From Candidatus Latescibacterota bacterium (GTDB taxonomy: Bacteria; Latescibacterota; UBA2968; UBA8231): a stretch of 64,000 nucleotides of DNA. The DNA lies in the NCBI GenBank assembly GCA_964291625.2, contig OZ220089.1, forward strand, positions 160,001-224,000, written 5' to 3'. Made by a program: the position numbers and the translations under genes. This document shows positions 7,735-16,579 of this stretch, in pieces. Below the pieces are notes generated by a model. It searched no databases, had not been told where the DNA came from, and worked only from the letters and a program-made list of their open reading frames with translations. Position 1 is the first letter of the stretch, and each line of letters opens with the position of its first letter.

Positions 7735-10718
7735 GGATGAACGCCATCCATGGAGTCCGGAGAAACGGACCCGGCAGGGGTCTCCTCGTCCTCCTTCTCC
7801 TGGCCGGCGCCCCGGCCACGGCGGGCGCCCAGGTCGACTACGGCCACCGGTTCGGGAACCAGGAGCGGGGCCCTTCCCGGTACAGCGTCAGCGGTCCGAG
7901 GGTGCTGATGGAAGCCCTCGACCCGACGATCAAGCGGTGGTACCTGCCGCAGGAGCTCTTCCGGGAGTACGGCCGGCGCCAGTGGTCCTACACGAATCAC
8001 GCCCGCCAGCCCTACCTGCCGTACGTCAGCCACGCCCACGAGGGCGAGTATTTCTACGACTACTACGGCAACCTCGTCACCCAGGGGTGGCTGGTCTACG
8101 ACTGGCGCCAGACCCAGGCCCGGACCGTCGACAGCAGCCGCATCACCAAGCTCGCCCGCTATGACGGCTGGTTTCACCGCCTCATCATCTCCTCCGACGG
8201 CATCGGCGACAACAGCTACTCCCTGACCGTGGGCGACGAGATCTTCGCGAGCCTGACGCCGATGACGTTCCGCAAGGCCGGCTTCAATGGCGTCGTGACG
8301 GATTTCGCCTCCAACCGCCTGCGGGCCACGGGGCTCTTCGCCCGCCCCTCCGACCCGGTGGTGCTGATCTTCGGAGGCATCGCCGGCGTCCCCCAGAGCA
8401 ACTACACCAACCTGATGGCGGGACGCCTCGAGGCGGACGTGACCGACTTCATGACCCTCGGGGCCACCTTCGTCAACGCCCACAACGCGGCGGGAATCCG
8501 CGACTCCTTCCAGAGCAACCCCCTGAGAGGGGCCCTGACCACGGGACAGCTGAGCAGCCGCGTGAACCTGCTCCTCGTGCGGCTGCGGGACGACTCGCCC
8601 GAGGACGGCGAGGGCGGGCCCATCCTCTTCGACTCCGACATCGAGATCACCACCTCCCTGTGGCACGAGGTCGTCGTCGAGGGCGGGACCCAGCGCGTCC
8701 TCCGGGACACCACGATCAGCGGCCGGAGCATCGGCTTCTACCCCGCCATCGAGGGCGGCGAGGTGCGGGACGGTTTCCGCCGGGCCGACGGTCAGCACAG
8801 CGTTACCATGTACTACACCCTGGCCCCGGAGGAGGGGGAATCCGAGGCCGGGACTTTCAGGCTGCTGCTGCAGAGGGCCCTCGATCTCAACCTCGACGAA
8901 GCGGACGAAGCCGTCACCCGGATCAGGAACGTGCGCTTCCGCCTGCGCCTGGCCAACGACTACGCCATCGAGGTCGCCTCCGACCGCCAGATCGACCGCC
9001 ACGACGTCCCCCAGTTCCTCGAGGTGGCGCGGGCGGCTGGCAACGTCAAGAACCAGCTGAACCCGGAGGAGGTCGTCTTCGACTACGGCCTGCCCACGGC
9101 GACACAGGTCGCCGGCCTGACCACGGAGATCCGCGATCTGGCGGGGTTCGACTTCTACGGCGAGTTCAACCTGAGCACGAGTGTCCGCCAGTATCCCGGC
9201 ACCCTCCTCGAGAAGCACGACAGCTTCTCGGGCATCGTCGGCGACGAGCACGCCATCGGCTTCCAGGTCAACCTGTCGAAGAAGGCCGGACCGCTGCGGC
9301 TCTTCCTCGAGGGCTTCGGCATGGACGACGCCTACTCCACGAGCATCAAGCCGGTCACCACCCGGGGAATCGTGGACTACTCGCCGGAGGCGACCGAGGG
9401 GATCTACGACTTCGTCGACGACAACGACGACCAGGACCGCCACCCCGATCAGGCTCGGAGGTTCCACGGCGGACTGATCCGGCCCCTCGGGACGTCGGTC
9501 AGGGGCTTCCTGGAGACTCCGTTGGGTGTCGCCGACCCGGCCGTCTTCCCGGGCTACGACGAGAACGGGGACCTCATCTCCGACTTCAACCAGAACAGCA
9601 ACGGCGACCAGGACAACTACTTCCCCGACTACGAGGAGCCCTTCCTGCGCCACAGGAGCGACCGTCCGGAGTTCCTCTTCGGCATCGATCTCGACAACAA
9701 CGGCGTGGCCGAGCGCTTCGAGAACGACGACCTCCCCGACTATCCCTACAAGAAGGGCCACTGGGGCTACAACGCCCACGCCACCCTTCGCGTCAACCCC
9801 GACCTCGAGCTCACGGCAGGCTACCTGCGCCAGGACCTGCGCAGCGCCGACCGCACCAACCGCACTCCGTACGGCCTCGTCGAGCTGGTGCGGGACCATC
9901 CGAGGTGGGGACGGCTGCAGCTCTTCGACATGGTCAAGCTCGCCCGGGACACGATCGCCGATCCCGTCAACCTGTGGATGATGCCCAGTCTCGACTACGG
10001 AGCCGCCGGCCAGTCGGTGGGCGTCAGCATTCCCCGGCCCGACCCTCTTGCGGCAGAGGACACCTGGATCAACAGCTTTGCCGCCGACTGGAGCTACGTG
10101 AGCCCACGGGGCTGGTCGATGCGGCACCGGGTCAAGTGGGACTGGTGGCGGCAGCGGAACGCGGAGCCCACCTTCGCCGTCGACGAGGAGGGCGCCGCCC
10201 TGCTGAACGAGGAAGGAGAGCCCGTGGTGCTCTTCGACCCCCTCGGACCCGGGGCCCGCAACGGCCGGGAGACCTCCGGCTTCGCCGGCGTCATCAACAA
10301 GGCGGACCTGCTCTTCCACGTGGGGCGGCTGTCCTTGTCGCCGCGGATCAAGAGCGAGTGGCGCAACGAGGCGCCCTTCTCCCGGGACGAGGAGCGGCGC
10401 CGGTCCTGGGACGGCATCGCCTCCCTGCTCGTGCGCATGCCCTTCATGGCACACACCCATCTCGAGTTCGGGATCGAGGGACGCAATTTCGCCGAGTTGA
10501 GGGCCGACGAGGAGGAGCTTTCGCCCAGTACCCTGACCGGGGACTTCCGCGGCGTGGTCTACGCCGTTCAGTTGACCAATCGCCGGCCTTTCAAGAGCTA
10601 CCTCGCCACCACCCAGGTGGGACTCCGCTTCGACCGGCGTTCCCTGGAGGTCGTCGAGGGGAACCGCGGGCAGCGCACGGCCGGGCTGGCCTTTGTCACC
10701 GTATTCATGGGTCTCTAA
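7731..10718 (+). CDS. Large secreted, putative outer-membrane protein (paralog B2 of 3263-6079)
   Basis: 995 aa. Signal peptide. Shares ALDPxIKxWYxPQELF, GWLxYDWRQ, LTPMTF, DDSPEDG, LANDY, FDYGLPTA, FVDDNDDQD, DRPEFLFGIDL, DDLPDYPYK, INKAD and PRIKSE with B1. Confidence 0.75.
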   Translation: MRMNAIHGVRRNGPGRGLLVLLLLAGAPATAGAQVDYGHRFGNQERGPSRYSVSGPRVLMEALDPTIKRWYLPQELFREYGRRQWSYTNHARQPYLPYVSHAHEGEYFYDYYGNLVTQGWLVYDWRQTQARTVDSSRITKLARYDGWFHRLIISSDGIGDNSYSLTVGDEIFASLTPMTFRKAGFNGVVTDFASNRLRATGLFARPSDPVVLIFGGIAGVPQSNYTNLMAGRLEADVTDFMTLGATFVNAHNAAGIRDSFQSNPLRGALTTGQLSSRVNLLLVRLRDDSPEDGEGGPILFDSDIEITTSLWHEVVVEGGTQRVLRDTTISGRSIGFYPAIEGGEVRDGFRRADGQHSVTMYYTLAPEEGESEAGTFRLLLQRALDLNLDEADEAVTRIRNVRFRLRLANDYAIEVASDRQIDRHDVPQFLEVARAAGNVKNQLNPEEVVFDYGLPTATQVAGLTTEIRDLAGFDFYGEFNLSTSVRQYPGTLLEKHDSFSGIVGDEHAIGFQVNLSKKAGPLRLFLEGFGMDDAYSTSIKPVTTRGIVDYSPEATEGIYDFVDDNDDQDRHPDQARRFHGGLIRPLGTSVRGFLETPLGVADPAVFPGYDENGDLISDFNQNSNGDQDNYFPDYEEPFLRHRSDRPEFLFGIDLDNNGVAERFENDDLPDYPYKKGHWGYNAHATLRVNPDLELTAGYLRQDLRSADRTNRTPYGLVELVRDHPRWGRLQLFDMVKLARDTIADPVNLWMMPSLDYGAAGQSVGVSIPRPDPLAAEDTWINSFAADWSYVSPRGWSMRHRVKWDWWRQRNAEPTFAVDEEGAALLNEEGEPVVLFDPLGPGARNGRETSGFAGVINKADLLFHVGRLSLSPRIKSEWRNEAPFSRDEERRRSWDGIASLLVRMPFMAHTHLEFGIEGRNFAELRADEEELSPSTLTGDFRGVVYAVQLTNRRPFKSYLATTQVGLRFDRRSLEVVEGNRGQRTAGLAFVTVFMGL

Positions 10719-10729
10719 GGACTGGGATC

Positions 10730-12649
10730 ATGACCAGGACGGGACGTACCATCGCGCAGGCCCTGACCCTGCTGCTGGGCCTCGGCACCACCGCCCAGGG
10801 ACTGACCATCTACCGCATCGGGGGCTCGATTCTACCACCGCCCGAGCTGCCCGAGGGGGCCGACTTCGTGCAACTGGAGTGGCAGGCCGCCAAGGACAGC
10901 GATCACGGCGCCATCGATCTGCTGCACGGGCTCGAGCCGGACGCCCTGGAGCCGGACAAGCTGGACCCGACGGTGAACCTGGCCCCCGTTTTCGACGAGA
11001 TCGGCGGGAGCATCTACAGCTACGCCACGCACGGCTTCGTGGCCGGGTTCAAGGCAGAGGCCGCCCTCTTTGACGGCGATCCCGAGACCGTGCTTCTCGG
11101 GGACGGCCACTGGGGCGGAGCCAGCCACTATCGCTTCCTGGAAATCGTCTTCGACTTCCCGGGCACCTTCACCATCTCGCGGATCAGGATGTATCCGCGC
11201 GAGCGATACATCGCGAGCCGCTTCGTCCAGTGGTTTCGCATCGGGTTCAACGACGCCGAACGCACCAGAAGGGGCGGCCCGGTCATCCGCGCCCGCAACT
11301 GGGAGTTCGAGGTCGTCTACGAGGACCTCGAGAACTCCCGGGGGCTCATCGAGTTGACCGCCCTGCCCGAGTACCCGGTGAAGGAGCTGCTCGTCTCGCT
11401 GGCCGAGAACACGCAAGGCATCTGGGAAATGGCCGAAATCGAGGTCTACGGCCGGGGCTACACGCCCGAGGCCGCCTACGTGAGCCAGGTCATCGACCTC
11501 GGGGGCCCCTCCGCGCTGGGGGACCTCAGTTGGTCCGCCGAGGTCGACCCCGGAGCCGACCTGACGTTGCGCATGCGGGCCGGGGACGATCCGGTTCCCA
11601 ACACTTACTGGCGTTACACCTTCCGCGGCAGCGGGGCCACCAGCCGCTTGGACGAGCAAGGCCAGCCCCTGACAAAGGGCGGATACCTGAGCCTGGACAG
11701 GCGGGAACGGGCCGGGACCACGCCGGACACCGAGAACTGGGACGGTTGGAGCACATCCTTCGATCACTCCGAAGGGACCGTGCCTTTCCAGGCCTCACGG
11801 CCCCGTCAGTACCTCCAGGTGCGCGCTGATTTCAACTCCACCGTCGACGCCGGCTCCCGCCTCCAGTACCTCCAGTTCGCGGTCTCCCAGCCGCCGGCCG
11901 CCACCGTGGTCCTCGGGGAGATCACCCCGACCGTGGCCTCCGTCGACGAGGTGACGCCCTTCACCTACCTGATGACGCCTGTCATGCGCTCCGGGAACTT
12001 CGGGTTCGACCGCATCCGCATCGACACGCCCACCACCGCGGCCGGCGTCGACGGTGTGCGCTTCAACGGCCAGCCCGTCGCCTACGAGGTCCTTCACCTC
12101 GACGAGTCGGGCTTCGAGATCGCCATCCCCCGGGTCGACGAGAGCCGCGACGGCGAGCTCATCGAGATTGACTTCCGCTCCCGGATCTTCCGCTTCGGCA
12201 CCGTCTTTACCGGCCGGGTCATGGACAGCCAGCGCCCCGAGGAGGTGGCGCAGGTGGTCTCCCCCGGCGAGGCGGACCCGATCGTCGACAGCAACACCCT
12301 GAGCGTCGGCCTGGAGGAGGTGGGACGGCGGACGGTCAATGCCCTCACCCTCGAGCCGCCGGTCTTCAGCCCCAACGGAGACGGCATCAACGACCGGGTG
12401 AGTCTCGATTACGAGCTGGTGAATGTGGAGGGCGACGCCGAGGTGGCCATCGTCCTCTACGACCTGCGGGGCTCGCCCGTGGAGGAGGTCTTCCGCGGCC
12501 CGGCCGGTAGCGGCCGGTTCCGTGCGGAGTGGGACGGCCGCGATGCCGGGGGACGCCTCCTCGGGCCGGGGATCTACATCCTGCGGATCGAGGTCGAGTC
12601 GGACCTCGGAATCAGGTCCAGGGAAAGGGTCGTCTCCCTTGTCTACTAG
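10730..12649 (+). CDS. Secreted protein with C-terminal PNGDGxND/FlgD-Ig domain (paralog A2)
   Basis: 639 aa from ATG 10730, inside the 8660..12649 ORF. Signal peptide MTRTGRTIAQALTLLLGLGTTAQG. VFSPNGDGIND...WDGRDAGGRLLGPGIY...SLVY. Confidence 0.8.
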   Translation: MTRTGRTIAQALTLLLGLGTTAQGLTIYRIGGSILPPPELPEGADFVQLEWQAAKDSDHGAIDLLHGLEPDALEPDKLDPTVNLAPVFDEIGGSIYSYATHGFVAGFKAEAALFDGDPETVLLGDGHWGGASHYRFLEIVFDFPGTFTISRIRMYPRERYIASRFVQWFRIGFNDAERTRRGGPVIRARNWEFEVVYEDLENSRGLIELTALPEYPVKELLVSLAENTQGIWEMAEIEVYGRGYTPEAAYVSQVIDLGGPSALGDLSWSAEVDPGADLTLRMRAGDDPVPNTYWRYTFRGSGATSRLDEQGQPLTKGGYLSLDRRERAGTTPDTENWDGWSTSFDHSEGTVPFQASRPRQYLQVRADFNSTVDAGSRLQYLQFAVSQPPAATVVLGEITPTVASVDEVTPFTYLMTPVMRSGNFGFDRIRIDTPTTAAGVDGVRFNGQPVAYEVLHLDESGFEIAIPRVDESRDGELIEIDFRSRIFRFGTVFTGRVMDSQRPEEVAQVVSPGEADPIVDSNTLSVGLEEVGRRTVNALTLEPPVFSPNGDGINDRVSLDYELVNVEGDAEVAIVLYDLRGSPVEEVFRGPAGSGRFRAEWDGRDAGGRLLGPGIYILRIEVESDLGIRSRERVVSLVY

Positions 12650-12679
12650 ATGCCCAGATGCTGACAGGAGGATCCGCAC

Positions 12680-15334
12680 ATGACACGGATCATCAGCTTC
12701 ACCGCCCTTCTGGTCCTGGTTGCCGCCACTGGCCTGACGGCCCAGGGCCGGGCGTACCGGATCGCCGGCGACGAGCTTGTCGTCGACCGCCGCAGCCTCT
12801 GGCAGAACTGGATCTATTCCGAGGAAACCCTCGAGGTCTCCCCCTCGGGAGAGGTGAGCCCCCTCGCCCTGCGCAAGGACATCAACGCCGTCCCCGAGAT
12901 CGTCCGCTACCTGCGCCTCCATCCACCGCCGCACCTCAAGAACAAGGAGCCCGAGGAGATCACCCTCGCCGACGCCTTGCAGGCCGGCTCCAACCCCCGT
13001 GACGTGGTCAACGTCCTCGACGGGGACCCGACCACATACTGGCAGCCCGACCTGACCGACGCCCCCCCCGTCGAGCTCGGCGCGCGCTGGTGGCTCATGG
13101 TCGACCTGGGACGGAACGTCATCGCCAAGAGGCTGGTACTTCGGTTCGCGGAGGAGGAACTGGGCGATCCGTTCCTTCAGTTCGACGTCCTCGTCTCAAA
13201 CGGCGAGCGTTCGCCGTCGGCCGCCGCTTCGAAACACCCGTTCTTCGCAACGGTGTACCGAACGTTGAGGCCCAACAAGGACGTCCGGGTGCTGGACCTC
13301 ACCTTCGAGGACGTAAACGCCGATTCCGTCGTCGGCGAGGCGCCGCTGGCCGCCATCCTGCCGCCATCCACCGTCGACCGCGACCACAGCGTGCAGGCCC
13401 CCAGGGAACTCGCGGGCGCCTCGCTGCGATACGTCATGGTGGTCGTCCGTGACAGCGACTTCGACCGCGGCCGGCTGGTCAGCCCCGAGGCCTACGCCGC
13501 CCTGCCCGAGGACGACAAGGGCGCCGTCGTCCACCACAAGCTGCAGCGGGACGGCCGGCTCACCGAGTTGAGCGAAGCCGACTACCTGCGTCTGCCCGCC
13601 GGACAGCAGGGAGAGATCCTCCACTACCGCAAGGAGCGGCCCCGCCTGGCCGACATCGAGGTGTGGACCGAGGGGGACAACGTCATGCCCGCCATCTACA
13701 AGCGCGGCGGGGAAATCAGCGGCAACGCGAACCTGAACTACGGCAGGCTGGTGGACGGCCTCGTGGGCTCCTTCACCGAGGTCAACATGGGCCGAGAAGG
13801 GTACGTCCTCTTCGACCTGGGGGCCACCTTCTGGCTCGACGCCTACCGGCTGATGTACGGCGGCGTCACGAACCGCGAGAGGAAGAGCTTCAACTCCTAC
13901 GATCTCGAGGCCTCCGACGGATCCCTGAACCCCGACGGCACCCTGAAGTTCAAGACCGTGGCCCGCCGCATACAGAAGCAGATGCGCAAGGACTTCGAGG
14001 TTCACGACTTCGACCTCGTGAAGACCCGGTTCTTCCGCCTCGTCTTCGAGTTGGGCTTCACCCACGAGCAACCTCACACCTCCGCGCCAGGGGAGATCTA
14101 CCTCTATGGCCGGGGATACATCGCCGAAGTCCGCATGGAGTCGGGCCTGGTCGAGCTAGGAGCCCGCCGCAACCTTCTGAGCATGTCCTGGGAAGCGGAC
14201 ACCCCGCCCGGGACCGCAATCTCGATCCAGACCCGCGCCGGCAACGAGCTGCGGGAGGTCCTCCACTACTACAAGGCCGACGGCACGGAGATCAGCGAGA
14301 AGGCCTACAACAATCCGTCCCTGCTGGCTTCCTTGAAGGGCCCCATCGTCGCCGAGATGGTGGAAGGAGACGACTGGAGCGGCTGGAGCCAGCCCTACGA
14401 GGACGCCTCGGGAAGTCCCTTCCTCTCTCCCTCCCCTAGGGAGTTCCTCAACATCGCCGCCACCCTGGTCTCGGACGATCCCGATCTGCACCCTACGCTT
14501 CGCTCCCTCCGGCTGCGCTTCAGCAACCCCGTCGCCCAGGGGCTCCTTGCGGAGGTGACCCCCACCCGGGTCGACTCGCTGGGGGTCCCGCGGGACTTCT
14601 CCCTCTTCCTGCGGCCCGAGTTCGACAGGCGGGACCCGGGATTCGACGAGCTGCTGCTCAGGACGCCCCCCGACATGTCCCTGGAATTCGCCGGGCTCTA
14701 CGCCGGGACGGCCGAGGAGTTCGACGGCGGGGGCGGTACCCTGGTAGAGGATGTGGAGGTCATTCCCACCGGTCCCGACAGCCTGCGCCTCTCCTTCCCC
14801 ATGGTGGAGCCCCGCGGGATCGAGGTGTTGCGCCTCGACTTCCGAACCGCCCTGTTCACCATCGGCGCCCAGTTGCAGGCCGCGGTCAAGCGGGCCCGGG
14901 ACGGTGAGGACGCCTGGCAGCGGGTCGATCCCGGCGACGCCCTCGCCAGCGTCGAAAGCGAAGCGATCACCCTCATCGGCGAAGCCACCGGCGGCAGCCT
15001 GCTTGCCGGTGTGAACCTGAGTTCCCCGGTCATCACGCCCAACGGCGACGGGATCAACGACGAAGCCCTGTTCTCGCTCAAGGTCGTCCGCGTCGCCGAC
15101 GGGAGTCCCGTGGACCTGCGGATCCACGACCTTGGGGGCCGGCTCGTTCGCCGGATCGTCGAGCACGGGTCCGCGGGTACCGGTCTCTACGAGATCGCCT
15201 GGGACGGCCTCGACGCCAACGGGCTCGTCGTGCCCCCGGGGATCTACCTCGCGCGCCTGCGGGTCGACACCGACGACGGCGGGCGCCGCCTGGAGGGCCG
15301 CGAGGCGATGCGGACCCTGGCCGTGTCCTACTGA
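12680..15334 (+). CDS. Secreted protein with discoidin-like regions and C-terminal TPNGDGxND/FlgD-Ig domain (paralog A3)
   Basis: 884 aa, AGGAGG RBS, signal peptide. DGDPTTYWQP and VDLG are F5/8C-like. VITPNGDGIND...WDGLDANGLVVPPGIY...AVSY. Confidence 0.8.
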   Translation: MTRIISFTALLVLVAATGLTAQGRAYRIAGDELVVDRRSLWQNWIYSEETLEVSPSGEVSPLALRKDINAVPEIVRYLRLHPPPHLKNKEPEEITLADALQAGSNPRDVVNVLDGDPTTYWQPDLTDAPPVELGARWWLMVDLGRNVIAKRLVLRFAEEELGDPFLQFDVLVSNGERSPSAAASKHPFFATVYRTLRPNKDVRVLDLTFEDVNADSVVGEAPLAAILPPSTVDRDHSVQAPRELAGASLRYVMVVVRDSDFDRGRLVSPEAYAALPEDDKGAVVHHKLQRDGRLTELSEADYLRLPAGQQGEILHYRKERPRLADIEVWTEGDNVMPAIYKRGGEISGNANLNYGRLVDGLVGSFTEVNMGREGYVLFDLGATFWLDAYRLMYGGVTNRERKSFNSYDLEASDGSLNPDGTLKFKTVARRIQKQMRKDFEVHDFDLVKTRFFRLVFELGFTHEQPHTSAPGEIYLYGRGYIAEVRMESGLVELGARRNLLSMSWEADTPPGTAISIQTRAGNELREVLHYYKADGTEISEKAYNNPSLLASLKGPIVAEMVEGDDWSGWSQPYEDASGSPFLSPSPREFLNIAATLVSDDPDLHPTLRSLRLRFSNPVAQGLLAEVTPTRVDSLGVPRDFSLFLRPEFDRRDPGFDELLLRTPPDMSLEFAGLYAGTAEEFDGGGGTLVEDVEVIPTGPDSLRLSFPMVEPRGIEVLRLDFRTALFTIGAQLQAAVKRARDGEDAWQRVDPGDALASVESEAITLIGEATGGSLLAGVNLSSPVITPNGDGINDEALFSLKVVRVADGSPVDLRIHDLGGRLVRRIVEHGSAGTGLYEIAWDGLDANGLVVPPGIYLARLRVDTDDGGRRLEGREAMRTLAVSY

Positions 15335-15345
15335 CCTCAAAGTGG

Positions 15346-15374
15346 TTGATTTTCCGGTTTCTTTTTCGTAGTAT
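15346..15374 (+). promoter_or_regulatory. Sigma70-type promoter, copy 1 of duplicated unit
   Basis: TTGATT-N17-TAGTAT. An equivalent element sits upstream of the paralog at 16482-16510. Confidence 0.6.
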
Positions 15375-15455
15375 TCGGCTGCTAACCGTCAACCACACTC
15401 AGGACCGAGGGTATCCCAACCTCGATCTTCACCCTACCATCATGCGATTGGAGAC

Positions 15456-16394
15456 ATGATCATGAGAAAGACCCTCACCATGGCGGTCCTGCTGCTGGGC
15501 TTCGGCTCGGCGCAGGCCCACATTCCCCCTGGCAGTGTGCTCGGGGTCTGGCAGTGGCCCTCGAATGCCCTGCCCGAGTTGGACGGCGACATCAGCGAGT
15601 GGGAGATCATCCCGGATTACCTGTGGCTCAATCCGGCCACCAGCCTGGACAACGACGGCAACCCCGTGTTCACCGGCGTCCATGGCAATGACAAGGGCAT
15701 GACCGGCCCCGAGGGTGACGCCTCCGATCTCACCATACGCGTCGCCGTCGCCTGGAACGACGAATACGACCGCATGTACTTCGCCCAGGAGCGCTTCGAC
15801 GACGTGTACGACCGCGACGTTGCGGAGCCGCCCGGCGAGTGCGGCGGCGACGACAGCATCGAGATCCACGTCGACGCCGACCACACCGGCGGCGTCATGG
15901 TCACCGGCGACGACGAGACGCAAGCCAGGTCGGCCCAGATCGCGCACTGGCGCTGGCCGCCCATCGGAGAAGGCAACAACGCCTGGAGCTGGATGTGGGT
16001 GAGCTCCGCCACCTGGCACGACAAGGAGCCCTATGCCTGCTGCCCCGACGCCTTCGACATCGACGGTGGGCACGGCGACACCGATGTGACGCTGGTATCC
16101 GAGTGGTGGACCGTCTACTTCAACGGCCTGGTTCACGAGTCGCCCGAGGAGAGCGTGGTCGCCCCCCTTTCGGAGGGCCAGATCATCGGCATGACCTTGG
16201 CCCTTTGCGACATCGACGCAGCCGACCAGGAGGGCCCCAATACGGTCTGGGTGTCGGGAGGTGAAGGCGCGGCGAGGTATTACGCTGACAGCGATGTCCT
16301 CGGCGACTGGGTTCTGCTGCCCGTGGATGAAGCCTTGATGACCGCCGTCGAGTCCAACAGCTGGGGCCAGGTCAAGGCCAGTCTCCAGCAGTAA
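15456..16394 (+). CDS. Secreted CBM9/DOMON-like protein with C-terminal TAVESNSWGQVKAS tail (paralog C1)
   Basis: 312 aa. Signal peptide MRKTLTMAVLLLGFGSAQA. LDGDISEW, VAWND..RMYFAQERFDD and DDSIEIHVDAD resemble CBM9-like/DOMON domains. Confidence 0.75.
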   Translation: MIMRKTLTMAVLLLGFGSAQAHIPPGSVLGVWQWPSNALPELDGDISEWEIIPDYLWLNPATSLDNDGNPVFTGVHGNDKGMTGPEGDASDLTIRVAVAWNDEYDRMYFAQERFDDVYDRDVAEPPGECGGDDSIEIHVDADHTGGVMVTGDDETQARSAQIAHWRWPPIGEGNNAWSWMWVSSATWHDKEPYACCPDAFDIDGGHGDTDVTLVSEWWTVYFNGLVHESPEESVVAPLSEGQIIGMTLALCDIDAADQEGPNTVWVSGGEGAARYYADSDVLGDWVLLPVDEALMTAVESNSWGQVKASLQQ

Positions 16395-16425
16395 GAAGCG
16401 GCTGTTAGTCCACGCCGCTGTTTCC

Positions 16426-16462
16426 AGTGAGGCAGGCCCTCGAGGGCCTGCCTCACTCTTTT
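16426..16462 (+). terminator. Intrinsic terminator
   Basis: Perfect 32-bp palindrome AGTGAGGCAGGCCCTCGAGGGCCTGCCTCACT followed by CTTTT. Confidence 0.8.
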
Positions 16463-16481
16463 GTGCCTGAGCAGGAATGCG

Positions 16482-16510
16482 TTGATTTTGCGGGGGTTTG
16501 GTGGTAGCTT
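16482..16510 (+). promoter_or_regulatory. Sigma70-type promoter, copy 2 of duplicated unit
   Basis: TTGATT-N17-TAGCTT with an extended -10 TG. Confidence 0.6.
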
Positions 16511-16579
16511 ACGCCAAGCCGCTCAGGATCGAGGTACCGCGCCCCGATCGTTCACCCCTCCCACCTGGCGATTGGAGAC

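Noticed and set aside
8660-10729. N-terminal 690-aa extension of A2 overlapping B2
   Set aside because: Off-frame read-through. The signal peptide begins at ATG 10730.
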